Assembly (NCBI GenBank): GCA_964413015.1
Contig: CAYPQZ010000009.1
Coordinates: forward strand, 1 to 51,861
DNA length: 51,861 nt
Source: an uncultured Candidatus Saccharibacteria bacterium
Lineage (GTDB): Bacteria; Patescibacteriota; Minisyncoccia; Portnoybacterales; UBA2143
Direction: 5' to 3'
Part shown: positions 17,872 through 27,451 of the stretch, piece by piece
Position numbering within the stretch: position 1 is the stretch's first letter
How the letters are laid out: every line of letters starts with the position of its first letter
Notes under the pieces: model-generated
What the model saw: only the letters and a program-made list of their open reading frames with translations
Database searches by the model: none
Told to the model about the DNA's origin: nothing
Program-made: the position numbers and the translations under genes

Positions 17872-18429
17872 CTATACTTTCATTATTTCTCCTTTTTTCT
17901 TGTCGCTGATTTCTTCAATCTTTTTGTTATACTCATCAATCAATTTCTGAAGCTCGTCCTTGGCCTTAAATTTGTCATCCTCGCTGATTCCCTTACTTTG
18001 CTCCATATCCTGAATATCTTTCCAAACATCCTCTCGATACCGACGGACACTAATACGGCACTCCTCAACTTTTTCCTGAAGAATCTTGACTATTTCTTTA
18101 CGCCGCTCCTCGTTTAAAGGAGGAACATTTAAACGGATAAAGTCTTCTTCAGCTACCGGGTTTATCCCTAATTTTGACCGGCTAATCGCCTTTTCAATGT
18201 CCGGAAGAATGCTTTTGTCCCAAGGCCGAACAATTATTAAGCGCGGTTCCGGCATCTGAATAGCGGCCAATTGTTTTAAAGGCATTTTTTGATTATAGCA
18301 TTCCACTTCCAAATTTTCCAGCAAGCTGGGCGTTGCCCGGCCGGTCTGCAAACCAGCCAATTCTTGTTTCAAATAATCAACGGTTTTATCTAAACCGGGT
18401 TTAATTTTGTTTATAATTTCCTTATACAT
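17872..18429 (-). CDS. frr: Ribosome recycling factor
   Basis: TGRATPSLL, PPLNEERRKE, ISEDD. Confidence 0.96.
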   Translation of the reverse strand: MYKEIINKIKPGLDKTVDYLKQELAGLQTGRATPSLLENLEVECYNQKMPLKQLAAIQMPEPRLIIVRPWDKSILPDIEKAISRSKLGINPVAEEDFIRLNVPPLNEERRKEIVKILQEKVEECRISVRRYREDVWKDIQDMEQSKGISEDDKFKAKDELQKLIDEYNKKIEEISDKKKGEIMKV

Positions 18430-18447
18430 GTTAAATTATTCTTAGAG

Positions 18448-19500
18448 CTACTCATGCATTCCAACATAGACCAGATTAGAGTTCCTCGGGTCAACAACAA
18501 TGGTTTTAATATTTTTATCGCTTGAAAAATCATAAACAGTCCAATTCAAACCCCTGTCTAAACTACGATACAAAACAGAACCGGAGCCGTAGTATAAATG
18601 TTCGGGATTTTGTGGATTAACCGCCAGGCTTAAAATCGGCATCGATTTGGATGGCATAATTATCTTGATTTCATTCCAAGTCTGCCCGCCATTTTCAGAT
18701 CTCAAAAGTCCGTATTCGGAACCCGAATAAATGATGCTTGGATTACGAGGATCAATTACTAATTTTTCTACTTTCTCCGACTGTCTAAAATCCTTCAGGG
18801 ATTCTTCAAAAGACTGCCAGGTAAGCCCTTTGTTTGAAGTTTTGTAAACGCCCTTCTTAAAAGTGCTTACATAAATCTGGCGGGTATCTTGTGGATTAAT
18901 TACAATATCAGAGATAACATCGTCAAACCATTTCATTATCTGCCAGGATTTTCCATAATCAACGCTTTTCAAAAACCCGCCCTGGGCAGTTCCCGCATAA
19001 ACAATTGAAGGGTCATAAATATCAACCGCCACTGCAAAAACAGCATATCCTTCTTTGGAAACCAGATAAACTTCTTCCCAAGATTGACCGGCATCTTGAC
19101 TCCGGAAAACTCTTCCTTTTTTATTTTGGTAAGTGCCGATATAGATGCGTTTGGGATCTTTCGGGTCAATGGCAATATCATGGACGTTGGCCCGGCTATC
19201 CAAAATCCTATTCTTATCTTCTAGTTTATACCAATGCTCGCCCCGAGAACAGCTTCGGTGGATTCCATTGGCTCCGGTTCCTAAATAAAGTATTTCCGAA
19301 TCATTCGGGTCAACGACCATGCTTAAAATATCTAAATGGGTTATTGAATTCTCTTCACTCTGTGAAGTTAATTGTTCCCAAGATTCGCCCATATCAGCAG
19401 ACTTGTAAAGACCGCCGTCTTCATCCGATTTATGGCAGGTCATCGGCGAAAAAGCTAAAAAGGTGAATACCGGAATAATGACTAATAGAGATTTCCCCAT
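18448..19500 (-). CDS. Secreted BNR/Asp-box beta-propeller protein (YCF48/VPS10-like)
   Basis: Signal peptide; six SxDxGxS/TW-like boxes (SADMGESW, SQDAGQSW, SVDYGKSW, TSNKGLTW, SENGGQTW, SLDRGLNW). Confidence 0.82.
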   Translation of the reverse strand: MGKSLLVIIPVFTFLAFSPMTCHKSDEDGGLYKSADMGESWEQLTSQSEENSITHLDILSMVVDPNDSEILYLGTGANGIHRSCSRGEHWYKLEDKNRILDSRANVHDIAIDPKDPKRIYIGTYQNKKGRVFRSQDAGQSWEEVYLVSKEGYAVFAVAVDIYDPSIVYAGTAQGGFLKSVDYGKSWQIMKWFDDVISDIVINPQDTRQIYVSTFKKGVYKTSNKGLTWQSFEESLKDFRQSEKVEKLVIDPRNPSIIYSGSEYGLLRSENGGQTWNEIKIIMPSKSMPILSLAVNPQNPEHLYYGSGSVLYRSLDRGLNWTVYDFSSDKNIKTIVVDPRNSNLVYVGMHE

Positions 19501-19510
19501 AATAAAATTA

Positions 19511-20416
19511 TTAAAACTCTAACATTAAAACTTCTAAAGATAGACGGGCGTTAATGCTTGGATTCGACAAAAGCCAGTCCGTTTCCCGAATGGCCTTTAG
19601 AATACTTCTTAGTTTGGGCAAAGAATAACAATTGTGATATTCCTGCGTATTTTGATAAAGAGTCAACTTAGGACAGTTGACAGAAAGCAAAAGAAGGTCT
19701 CTGAACCAGAACAGCCAATCATTAAGAGTTTGGCGCGCTTGAGAAACATCTTTAGACATTTCCTCAACATATTGATACCGCTTATTTAAATCTGATCTTA
19801 ATAATTCTTCCAACTGGCTGATAATCCTGTTATGGTTCTCCAACAACTCCGGGTTTTCTGAATAATTAATTGCCAGCCCCGGTCGGCCATTAGCTAAACG
19901 AGCCAGTTTGGGATTTTTAACGCTTTTCTCTATTTCCCCCTGCGCTACTGGAAGAAACTTGATTATCTGACAGCGGGAAACAATGGTTGGTAAAAGCATT
20001 TGCGGCCGGGCGGTAATTAAGATTAAAACAGAATTACCAGCTGGTTCTTCCAAAGTTTTTAAAAGACAATTGCTTGCCTGAAAAGTCATCTTTTCAGCCT
20101 GGTCAATAATGATTATCTTATAAGAGGACTGATAAGGCGATAAGCTTATCTGACGTTGGATTTTTCTGGCTTGGTCAATACCGATTTCCAATTCTTTTTT
20201 AGTCCCGTTTTTTTCAACGGCCTCCGGCTCAATAATCAAAATATCCGGATTAAAGTTTTTAGCTGGCGCCAAGCCGTTTAAAATTTCCACGAATTTCAAA
20301 GCAACCCTTTTTTTGCCTAAATGGCTTGGCCCGCTAAACAGATAAGCGTGAGCCAAATGATTCTTCTCAACGCTTTTCTTCAATAAATTTAAAATCCTTT
20401 GATGCCCGATAATCAT
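19511..20416 (-). CDS. holB: DNA polymerase III subunit delta-prime
   Basis: HAYLFSGP..LGK, ASNCLLKTLEEP, LLPTIVSRC. Confidence 0.9.
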   Translation of the reverse strand: MIIGHQRILNLLKKSVEKNHLAHAYLFSGPSHLGKKRVALKFVEILNGLAPAKNFNPDILIIEPEAVEKNGTKKELEIGIDQARKIQRQISLSPYQSSYKIIIIDQAEKMTFQASNCLLKTLEEPAGNSVLILITARPQMLLPTIVSRCQIIKFLPVAQGEIEKSVKNPKLARLANGRPGLAINYSENPELLENHNRIISQLEELLRSDLNKRYQYVEEMSKDVSQARQTLNDWLFWFRDLLLLSVNCPKLTLYQNTQEYHNCYSLPKLRSILKAIRETDWLLSNPSINARLSLEVLMLEF

Positions 20417-20484
20417 GATTTCTCTACGAATTACGAATTTCTTACGAATACACGGATAATTTAATTGATCTTAATTTAATTTTA

Positions 20485-21582
20485 TCACATCTCCCGGTTC
20501 TGCTCAACTGATTCGACAATAAACTCTTTAATCTCTCTTTCAAACCTCTCATGGGAAAACTTTTCCGCCCTTTTTCTGATAACCAAAGGGCTGTAATTCT
20601 TAAGATTAATCAGCAAACGGCGAACCCCGTCAGCCAGCGACTCAACAGCCAAATCATCAAAAAATTCGCCGGTTATTCCCTCCAGAATCGTTTCCAACGC
20701 TCCACCACGGCGGTAGGCTAGTACCGGTTTGCCAAAACTCATCGCCTCAACCGGAGCAATACCAAAATCGTCCTCACCCGGGAAAATAAAGGCGGTACAC
20801 TTCCGAAGATATTCTTCAACTAACTCATCCGGCTGCCAGCCAAGGAATTTTACATTCGGATAAGCCATCTTTTCCAGCCTTTTTCTGTCCCGGCCCTGAC
20901 CGATAACTATCAGAGACATTTCTAATTTGTTAAAAGCTTCAACCGCCAAATCAATCCGCTTGTAAGGAGTAAGCTGAGAAACTATTAAAAAATATTCCGA
21001 CATGGAGACTGTTTCTGAAATTTTAGGAACAGGCCCCATAACTACTGGCGGATAAATAACTTTTGACTCTCGACCGTAGAATTTTTTAATCCGACTAGCG
21101 GTAATTTTAGAATTGGCAACAAAATAATCAACCCGGTTAGCGGCTAACCGGTCCCAAATTCGGAAATAATGGCAAAGCAGCTTTCTTAAAAAAGAAGCGT
21201 TCCCGTCATAATGCGACTTGTAATCCCAGATAAACCGAGCCGGATTATGACAATAACAGATATGAATTGCCTTAGGACGAAGGACTAGCCCTTTGATAAA
21301 AGCGCTGGAGGAAGAAATGACTAAATCAAAATCCCTCAAATCAAGTGATTCTGCCGCCGAAGGCATTAAAGGAGCCAAAAGACGATAGTGTTTTTTGGAA
21401 AAAGGCAGGCCCTGTAAAAAAGAAGTGTGGATTTTAGCGCTTGGAAAATACTGCCCCATTTTTTTCTCATCGTAAAGCAGAGTAAAAATTTCCGCCTGTG
21501 GGAAAATCTTCCACAAATTTAAAAAGACCTTCTCGGCCCCTCCAAAACGAATTAAATAATCGTGAACCAAAGCTAATTTCAT
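20485..21582 (-). CDS. Glycosyltransferase family 4 (start corrected to ATG 21582)
   Basis: ALVHDYL..GGAEKV, YKRIDLA, EDFGI-like DDFGIAPVEAM; TAATG coupling to the upstream gene. Confidence 0.92.
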   Translation of the reverse strand: MKLALVHDYLIRFGGAEKVFLNLWKIFPQAEIFTLLYDEKKMGQYFPSAKIHTSFLQGLPFSKKHYRLLAPLMPSAAESLDLRDFDLVISSSSAFIKGLVLRPKAIHICYCHNPARFIWDYKSHYDGNASFLRKLLCHYFRIWDRLAANRVDYFVANSKITASRIKKFYGRESKVIYPPVVMGPVPKISETVSMSEYFLIVSQLTPYKRIDLAVEAFNKLEMSLIVIGQGRDRKRLEKMAYPNVKFLGWQPDELVEEYLRKCTAFIFPGEDDFGIAPVEAMSFGKPVLAYRRGGALETILEGITGEFFDDLAVESLADGVRRLLINLKNYSPLVIRKRAEKFSHERFEREIKEFIVESVEQNREM

Positions 21583-22703
21583 TATTCTGTTAAAACATTC
21601 AGCGTTTCCCGGGCACATTTATCCCAGGAAAATCTTTTAACATTTTCGTAACCTTTATTGATTAAATCTCTTTTAACCTCCCGGTTGCTAATTATTTTAT
21701 ACATCGCTTGGGCAATTTCTTCAATATTTTTTGGATTAACCAGTAAAGCCCCTGAACCGGCCACTTCAGGCATTGACGAAACATTGGAAGTAATTACCGA
21801 ACAACCCGCGGCCTGAGCTTCTAGAATGGGGATGCCAAAGCCTTCATAGAAAGAGGGGAAAATAAACGTTTCAGCGTTTTTAAACAATTCTTGCTTTTTT
21901 TGCTCCGAAACATAATTGGTCTCAATAATTTCTGATTTTAAATTTTTAATTTTTAAATAATTTTTAATCTTTAATTTCAAAACATCATAACCAAAGCCAG
22001 GCGAACCGGCTAAAACGAGTTTATGTGGAATCTGATATTTTTCCTTTAAAATTTTATATGCTTCCAAAATTCCTATTAAATTCTTTTTCGTTTCTATTCG
22101 GCCAATGAACAGGATGAAGGGCGAGTTCAAGGACAATCCTTTAAGGACAGTCCTGTTCTCAGGACTGTCCTTAAAGGACTGTCCTTGTTTGGTAAAACCG
22201 TGGTGGATAACTTTTATCTTATCCGGCTGGCCGCCGTACAATTTTACCAAATCTTTCTTGGTGTTTTCGGAAACGGCAATAATTTTACGGGCTTTTTTTA
22301 GGGCAGATTGCGTGCTCCAACGTAGATATTTAAGGTGCCTCCATGGATACATTCCAGGATAATACTCATATTCCAGTCCGTGAATAGCAACAATTGAATT
22401 TTTCGGATGGATTAACGGCAGGACGTGAACCGGAATAAAAAGAACTTCCGGTTGGTTAAAAGACATTTCAGCAGACAGTCGTAGCTGCGTCCACATCGGC
22501 AAAGGCCATCGTAAATGTCTGACTTTAAAATTATCCGGCAATTCCAAATCGTTGGCAGGCGGAATCCGATAGCTGTATAAAACAAAGCGATGCCTCTTGT
22601 TCTCATCCAGCATCGTTAAGTGCTTAATCAAATGATAGGCATATTCTTCTACGCCGGTCCGCGGCTGTTTAAAAACGGCCACAGCGTGAATCCCAATCTC
22701 CAT
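21582..22703 (-). CDS. Glycosyltransferase family 4 (group 1, mannosyltransferase-like)
   Basis: TGVEEY, IAVSENTKKD, KKN, PSFYEGFGIPILEA. Confidence 0.92.
   Translation of the reverse strand: MEIGIHAVAVFKQPRTGVEEYAYHLIKHLTMLDENKRHRFVLYSYRIPPANDLELPDNFKVRHLRWPLPMWTQLRLSAEMSFNQPEVLFIPVHVLPLIHPKNSIVAIHGLEYEYYPGMYPWRHLKYLRWSTQSALKKARKIIAVSENTKKDLVKLYGGQPDKIKVIHHGFTKQGQSFKDSPENRTVLKGLSLNSPFILFIGRIETKKNLIGILEAYKILKEKYQIPHKLVLAGSPGFGYDVLKLKIKNYLKIKNLKSEIIETNYVSEQKKQELFKNAETFIFPSFYEGFGIPILEAQAAGCSVITSNVSSMPEVAGSGALLVNPKNIEEIAQAMYKIISNREVKRDLINKGYENVKRFSWDKCARETLNVLTE
22128..22187. repeat. 60-bp REP-like palindrome (4 core units) inside the glycosyltransferase CDS
   Basis: CAAGGACAATCCTTTAAGGACAGTCCTG-TTCT-CAGGACTGTCCTTAAAGGACTGTCCTTG encodes QGQSFKDSPENRTVLKGLSL in frame. 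Confidence 0.85.
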
Positions 22704-22704
22704 A

Positions 22705-23712
22705 CTATTTCTTACTCATTATACTTCTTTTGTAAATATCCAAACTTCCCAAGGCCAAACCGGCCCCCTTGGCCACGCAAAGCATCGGTTCTTTAGCTAA
22801 GCGACAGGCAACCCCGGTCGTTTCAGCTATTAGTTTGTCTAAATTACGAAGCAGAGCGCCACCTCCGCTCAAAACCATACCGCTGTCCATAATATCAGCA
22901 ATCAGTTCGGGAGGCGTATCCCGAAGAACGTCTTTGACTGTTTTAATTATTTCTCTAAGCTGTTCGGAAATCGCATTCGTTATTTCGTTATCCTTAATTT
23001 CAATTGTCTTAGGAAGTCCATTAACTAAATCACGTCCGCGTATTTTTAAAGAGGTCTCTTCTTTTTGGAGAAGAGCATTTCCTATTTTTATCTTAATCAT
23101 TTCAGCAGTCCTTTCGCCAACAGCCAAATTGTGATTTTTCCTTATATATTCGCTAATGGCCTGATCAATTTTATCCCCGCCAACCCTGACTGAAGCGCAA
23201 GAAACAATTCCGCCTAAGGATATTACCGCCATTTCAGAAGTGCCGCCTCCAATATCAATTATCATCTGTCCAACCGGCTCATTAATTGTAATACCGGCTC
23301 CAATAGCCGCTAGTACCGGCTCTTTAACAATGTAGGCATTTTTAGCACCCGCCTTGATAGAGGCTTCGATGACCGCACGGCGTTCAGTAGAGGTAATCCC
23401 GGCCGGGACAGCTACCATTACATTAGGTCGGAAAAAATGCATTTTTTTCAAAACTTTCCCGATAAAATATCGAAGCATCGCTTCGGTAATTCGATAGTCA
23501 GCAATCACTCCGTCTTTCATTGGACGGGAAACAGCAATTATTTCTGGCGCCCGCCCCAGCATTTCCTTTGCCTCATTGCCCACGGCCAAAATACGATTGT
23601 CTTCAATAGAAACTGCTACCACAGTCGGTTCATTAATTACCACGCCTTTCTTAGGAAGATAAATAAGAGTATTGGCCGTTCCTAAATCAATGCCTATCTT
23701 TTTTATAAACAT
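22705..23712 (-). CDS. mreB: MreB/Mbl paralog (second copy)
   Basis: GIDLGTANT, PMKDGVIADY, IDIGGGTSE, TPPEL, SGGGALL. Confidence 0.93.
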   Translation of the reverse strand: MFIKKIGIDLGTANTLIYLPKKGVVINEPTVVAVSIEDNRILAVGNEAKEMLGRAPEIIAVSRPMKDGVIADYRITEAMLRYFIGKVLKKMHFFRPNVMVAVPAGITSTERRAVIEASIKAGAKNAYIVKEPVLAAIGAGITINEPVGQMIIDIGGGTSEMAVISLGGIVSCASVRVGGDKIDQAISEYIRKNHNLAVGERTAEMIKIKIGNALLQKEETSLKIRGRDLVNGLPKTIEIKDNEITNAISEQLREIIKTVKDVLRDTPPELIADIMDSGMVLSGGGALLRNLDKLIAETTGVACRLAKEPMLCVAKGAGLALGSLDIYKRSIMSKK

Positions 23713-23714
23713 GA

Positions 23715-23822
23715 ATAAAATTTCTAATTTTTAATTTCTAAACAATTTTCAATGATTAAATTTTAGAATTAATAAATTAAAACATTATTCAAAAATTAAA
23801 AATTCGGCAAATTCAAAAAATT
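23715..23822. repeat. AT-rich, roughly 7-nt-periodic intergenic element with inverted halves
   Basis: TTTCTAA/TTTTTAA/TTTTCAA units followed by complementary A-rich units; similar to 28414-28520 and 29147-29265. Confidence 0.55.
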
Positions 23823-25083
23823 AATTATTTAATCTTCTGATATCCGCTCCTATGCCTGATAATCTCTCTTCTACACGCTCGTATCCCCGATCTATTTGGT
23901 AAATATTCTCAATAATTGATTCTCCTTTGGCGATTAAAGAGGCTATAACTAAAGCGATGCCAGCCCGAAGATCAGGGCTAAGTAAGTTTCGACCATAAAG
24001 TTTAGTCGGTCCCTGAACAACAACTCGGTGAGGATCGCACATAATAATTTTTGCTCCCATCTGGTTAAGAATGTCCGTATAGAATAACCGGCCTTCAAAA
24101 ATTGTCTCGTGTATCAAAGAGATTCCCTTAGCTTGAGTCATTAAAACAGTGAACGGAGCCTGTAAATCGGTGGCAAAACCGGGATATTCATGAGTTTTTA
24201 AATTAACCGACTTTAATCTTCTGCCCGGCTTAATAATAACAGAATCTTTCCCTATTTCCAGATTCACCCCAGCTTTCCTTAAAAGAAACCAAAGAACATC
24301 CAAATGTTCGGGAATTAAATTAGTTATCTTAATCGGGCTGTTGGAAGCTGCTCCTAAAAGGATAAAACTACCGGCCTCAATTCTATCAGGAATAACTTGA
24401 GCTTCCCCTCCTTTTAAAGAATTAACTCCTTCAATTTCTATCAAAGGAGTTCCGGCTCCTTTAATCTTAGCACCACAGCTATTTAAAAAATCAGCTAAGG
24501 CAGCAATTTCCGGTTCGCAGGCAGAATTTTTTAAGAAAGTTTTTCCTTTAGCTAAGACAGCGGCCAGCATCATCGTTTCGGTAGCCGTCACGCTGACAAC
24601 TGGAAAAACAAACTTAGCTCCTTTTAAATTATTGACTGACAGAAAATATCCTTTTGGGCTTTCTTTAACTTTGACGCCAAACGCCTTAAAGCCATCTAAA
24701 AATATATCGCGTGGCCGCTGGCCGATAACACATCCGCCTGGCTGGGAAAAAACCGCTCGACCGCAACGAGCTAGCAAAGGCCCGGACATTAAAATTGAAC
24801 CTTTTAATTTTTTAGCAACATCCAGATCCAGGCTGTCTGCTTTTATCTTTTCGGATTTTATCCGATAAACGCCTTTGCGATTATTCTGGACTTCCGCGCC
24901 AACGCTCTTAAGTAACTCCAGTAAACGGAAAATGTCTTCAATTTGCGGCACGTTGGAAATAGTCCATTCTTTATCAGTCAGAAGAGAGGCCGCTAAAAGT
25001 TTTAAAGCAGCGTTCTTAGCTCCGTTCACTCTGATTTCTCCTTTTAACGGCTTACCGCCTTTAATTACAAACCTTTCCATCAT
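23821..25083 (-). CDS. murA: UDP-N-acetylglucosamine 1-carboxyvinyltransferase
   Basis: GAKNAAL, PGGCVIG.RP, SVTATE, PDRIEAG, YPGF.TDLQ, DLRAG, IDRGYE. Confidence 0.97.
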   Translation of the reverse strand: MMERFVIKGGKPLKGEIRVNGAKNAALKLLAASLLTDKEWTISNVPQIEDIFRLLELLKSVGAEVQNNRKGVYRIKSEKIKADSLDLDVAKKLKGSILMSGPLLARCGRAVFSQPGGCVIGQRPRDIFLDGFKAFGVKVKESPKGYFLSVNNLKGAKFVFPVVSVTATETMMLAAVLAKGKTFLKNSACEPEIAALADFLNSCGAKIKGAGTPLIEIEGVNSLKGGEAQVIPDRIEAGSFILLGAASNSPIKITNLIPEHLDVLWFLLRKAGVNLEIGKDSVIIKPGRRLKSVNLKTHEYPGFATDLQAPFTVLMTQAKGISLIHETIFEGRLFYTDILNQMGAKIIMCDPHRVVVQGPTKLYGRNLLSPDLRAGIALVIASLIAKGESIIENIYQIDRGYERVEERLSGIGADIRRLNN

Positions 25084-25089
25084 GCCTTA

Positions 25090-25156
25090 ATGCTACTCTA
25101 TTATCTAAAAATAGACAAGCCCGTTTCTTGACCAATAATTCTTAACTATGTATCCT
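25090..25156. promoter_or_regulatory. Divergent leaderless-type promoters for murA and the PEGA gene
   Basis: Minus: TTGTCT-N17-TAGCAT-N6-ATG(25083); plus: TTGACC-N17-TATCCT-N6-ATG(25163). Confidence 0.6.
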
Positions 25157-25162
25157 GATAGT

Positions 25163-26164
25163 ATGACTAGACGGATGCGTAGAACTTTTCTTTATTCAAT
25201 CACCTTTTTTTTTATTATAGCCGCTCCAGCAGCTCTTTTTTACGCTTGGGGATACAGTTTTGATTGGCAAAACAAAAAGCCAGTCTTGACTGGCGGATTT
25301 TATCTGCAATCAATTCCTAAAAAAGCAGAAATTTACATCGATGGGAAAAAGAAAAGCGCTACCCCAGCCTTTATTAAACGCCTAATTCCCCGAGAATATG
25401 AAATTAAAATCTCCAAGCAAGGATACCATTTTTGGAAAAAAACATTGAAAATAGAATCAAAATTAGTAACCGAAGCCAAAAATATTATTTTGATTCCCCT
25501 AGTTCCTAAGGTTGAAATTATCCAAAAAAAACTAGAAAATAATTTTTCTCTAAAAAAATATCTTGGACTCGAAGAATTCAACGATGCTTTTTACATCCAA
25601 AAACCAAGCTATATTCTCTATGAAAATGACCTCTTTAATATGGAGAAAAAACAAATGAGTTTGGCTCCTTTGCCAGCTGACGATAACTATGAAATCTTTA
25701 GTTCAACAAATAAAAAAGTTGCTGTTTTGAACAGCAAGCAGGATCTTTATTTACTCAACCCCGACACGAAGACGTTTGAATTAATCGGCCAAAATGTTAA
25801 AGGGCTTCAATTCTCCAATGATAATCGAAAATTGCTATATTTCACCCCTTCTGAAATTTGGGTTTATTATCTAGAAGACATTTTCTCTCAACCAAATAAA
25901 AAAGCCGGCAACCAAGAATTAATCACCCGGCTAAGTCAGGAAATAAAACAGGCTGTCTGGTATGGCCAAACCAATGAACACATTATCTTCACAGTCGGCC
26001 AAAATATCAAGTTTGTTGAATTAGACGGACGCAACGAGCGAAATACGATTGATGTAATAAAAACAAATATCGAAAAAATCGCCTATTCGCTGAAAGACAA
26101 AAAACTCTATTTTATCAAAAAAATAAAAGGGCAATCTCCAGAACTCTGGAGGATATCCCTCTAG
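25163..26164 (+). CDS. Membrane-anchored PEGA-domain protein with C-terminal propeller-like region
   Basis: TM helix then TGG...SIP..A.IYIDG...TP..I..L.P.EY.I.ISK.GY..W; start at 25163 preferred from promoter spacing. Confidence 0.8.
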   Translation: MTRRMRRTFLYSITFFFIIAAPAALFYAWGYSFDWQNKKPVLTGGFYLQSIPKKAEIYIDGKKKSATPAFIKRLIPREYEIKISKQGYHFWKKTLKIESKLVTEAKNIILIPLVPKVEIIQKKLENNFSLKKYLGLEEFNDAFYIQKPSYILYENDLFNMEKKQMSLAPLPADDNYEIFSSTNKKVAVLNSKQDLYLLNPDTKTFELIGQNVKGLQFSNDNRKLLYFTPSEIWVYYLEDIFSQPNKKAGNQELITRLSQEIKQAVWYGQTNEHIIFTVGQNIKFVELDGRNERNTIDVIKTNIEKIAYSLKDKKLYFIKKIKGQSPELWRISL

Positions 26165-26169
26165 CAAGT

Positions 26170-26658
26170 CTACCTTTTGCTCCATTGCGGCCCGCGACGG
26201 GCTTTTTTTAATCCTGGCTTTTTCCGTTCTTTTTTTCTAGGATCGCGGCGGAGAAAACCGGCTTTTTTGAGCTTTTTTGAAAAATCCGGATTAAACTTAA
26301 CCAAAGTCCTGGATAATCCATGGCGAATTGCTTCAGCTTGTCCAAGAATACCGCCGCCGGTAACTTTAACAGTCGCCTCAAACCGATTAAGCGACTTCAT
26401 TTTTTTAAGCGGACTAAGAACTTTTTCTTGTAAATCAAAGGTTGTAAAAAAATCATCATATGATTTCTTGTTGATTACAACCCTGCCTTTGCTTTCCTCA
26501 AAAGGCTGACAAGTAAAAAGCCTAACACGAGCAATTGCCTTTTTGCGCCTGCCCACCGCTTCAAAATATTTCTTCTCCGTTTTTATCTCTTCTTTCGCTG
26601 AAGGCTTTTTAACTGGAGTTTTTTTCTTTAAAGTTTTTTTCTTTTTTTCGGCAACCAT
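26170..26658 (-). CDS. rpsI: 30S ribosomal protein S9
   Basis: GRRKKAIARV, GGG..GQAEAIRHG, ERKKPGLKKARR.PQWSKR. Confidence 0.97.
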   Translation of the reverse strand: MVAEKKKKTLKKKTPVKKPSAKEEIKTEKKYFEAVGRRKKAIARVRLFTCQPFEESKGRVVINKKSYDDFFTTFDLQEKVLSPLKKMKSLNRFEATVKVTGGGILGQAEAIRHGLSRTLVKFNPDFSKKLKKAGFLRRDPRKKERKKPGLKKARRGPQWSKR

Positions 26659-26659
26659 A

Positions 26660-27013
26660 TTATTCCTTGTTCCCTTTATACAATTTTAATTTATTAATAA
26701 AATTATCCCTTAATTTATTCTTAGGCAACATCCCATAGACAGCTTTTCTGACTACTTCACGCGAGTCTTTTTTTAAGGCCCTTTCCAGCTCAACTGTTTT
26801 AATCCCTCCCGGATAACCGGAATGGCTGTAATAAATCTTTTGTTTTAATTTCTGACCGGTTGTTTTAAACTTGTCTGTGTTGATTATAACAACCTGGTCT
26901 CCCTTGTTTAAATAAGGCACAAAATCCGGCTTGTTTTTCCCACGCAATAAATTAGCCGCTTCAACGGCTAAACGCCCCAGTATTTTGTTTTTTGCGTCAA
27001 TTGTGTGTGTCAT
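26660..27013 (-). CDS. rplM: 50S ribosomal protein L13 (short form)
   Basis: IDA...LGRLA, LRGKNKP.F.P, YYSHSGYPGG, AVYGMLPKN. Confidence 0.96.
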   Translation of the reverse strand: MTHTIDAKNKILGRLAVEAANLLRGKNKPDFVPYLNKGDQVVIINTDKFKTTGQKLKQKIYYSHSGYPGGIKTVELERALKKDSREVVRKAVYGMLPKNKLRDNFINKLKLYKGNKE

Positions 27014-27024
27014 ATAACTAATTG

Positions 27025-27088
27025 CATAAGGACAGTCCTTAAAATTACGTTCTTTGCAAAGGACGTAATTTTAAGGACTGTCCTTATG
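27025..27088. repeat. Near-perfect 64-bp REP-like palindrome overlapping the rplQ stop codon
   Basis: CATAAGGACAGTCCTTAAAATTACGTTCTTTG/CAAAGGACGTAATTTTAAGGACTGTCCTTATG, one mismatched pair. Confidence 0.88.
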
Positions 27089-27451
27089 AGACACGTCTTT
27101 GTGTTCTACTAATTCTATTATTGCCATCTTAGCATTATCTGTTTTGCGAGGAAACAATTTAACGATTCTAGTATATCCACCGGGCCTTTCTTTGTAGCGC
27201 GGACCGATTTTATCAACTATCTTTTTTCTCGCTTTTTCAGAAAGATATCTGGATAAATATCTAACAGATGATAAATTATTACTCTTGCTTTTGGTGATTA
27301 GTCTTTCAATAAAAGGTCTAAGTTCTTTTGCTTTAGCTTCGGTGGTTTTAATTTTCTCGGCCAAAATTAAATTAGCGGCCAATATTTTTAAAAGCGCTTT
27401 CCTTTGCCCTAATTTACGGCCTAATTTTCTATTTCTGCTACCATGCTTCAT
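27071..27451 (-). CDS. rplQ: 50S ribosomal protein L17
   Basis: RKLGR, IKTTEAKAKELR, RPGGYTRI, D.A.MAIIELV. Confidence 0.97.
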   Translation of the reverse strand: MKHGSRNRKLGRKLGQRKALLKILAANLILAEKIKTTEAKAKELRPFIERLITKSKSNNLSSVRYLSRYLSEKARKKIVDKIGPRYKERPGGYTRIVKLFPRKTDNAKMAIIELVEHKDVSHKDSP

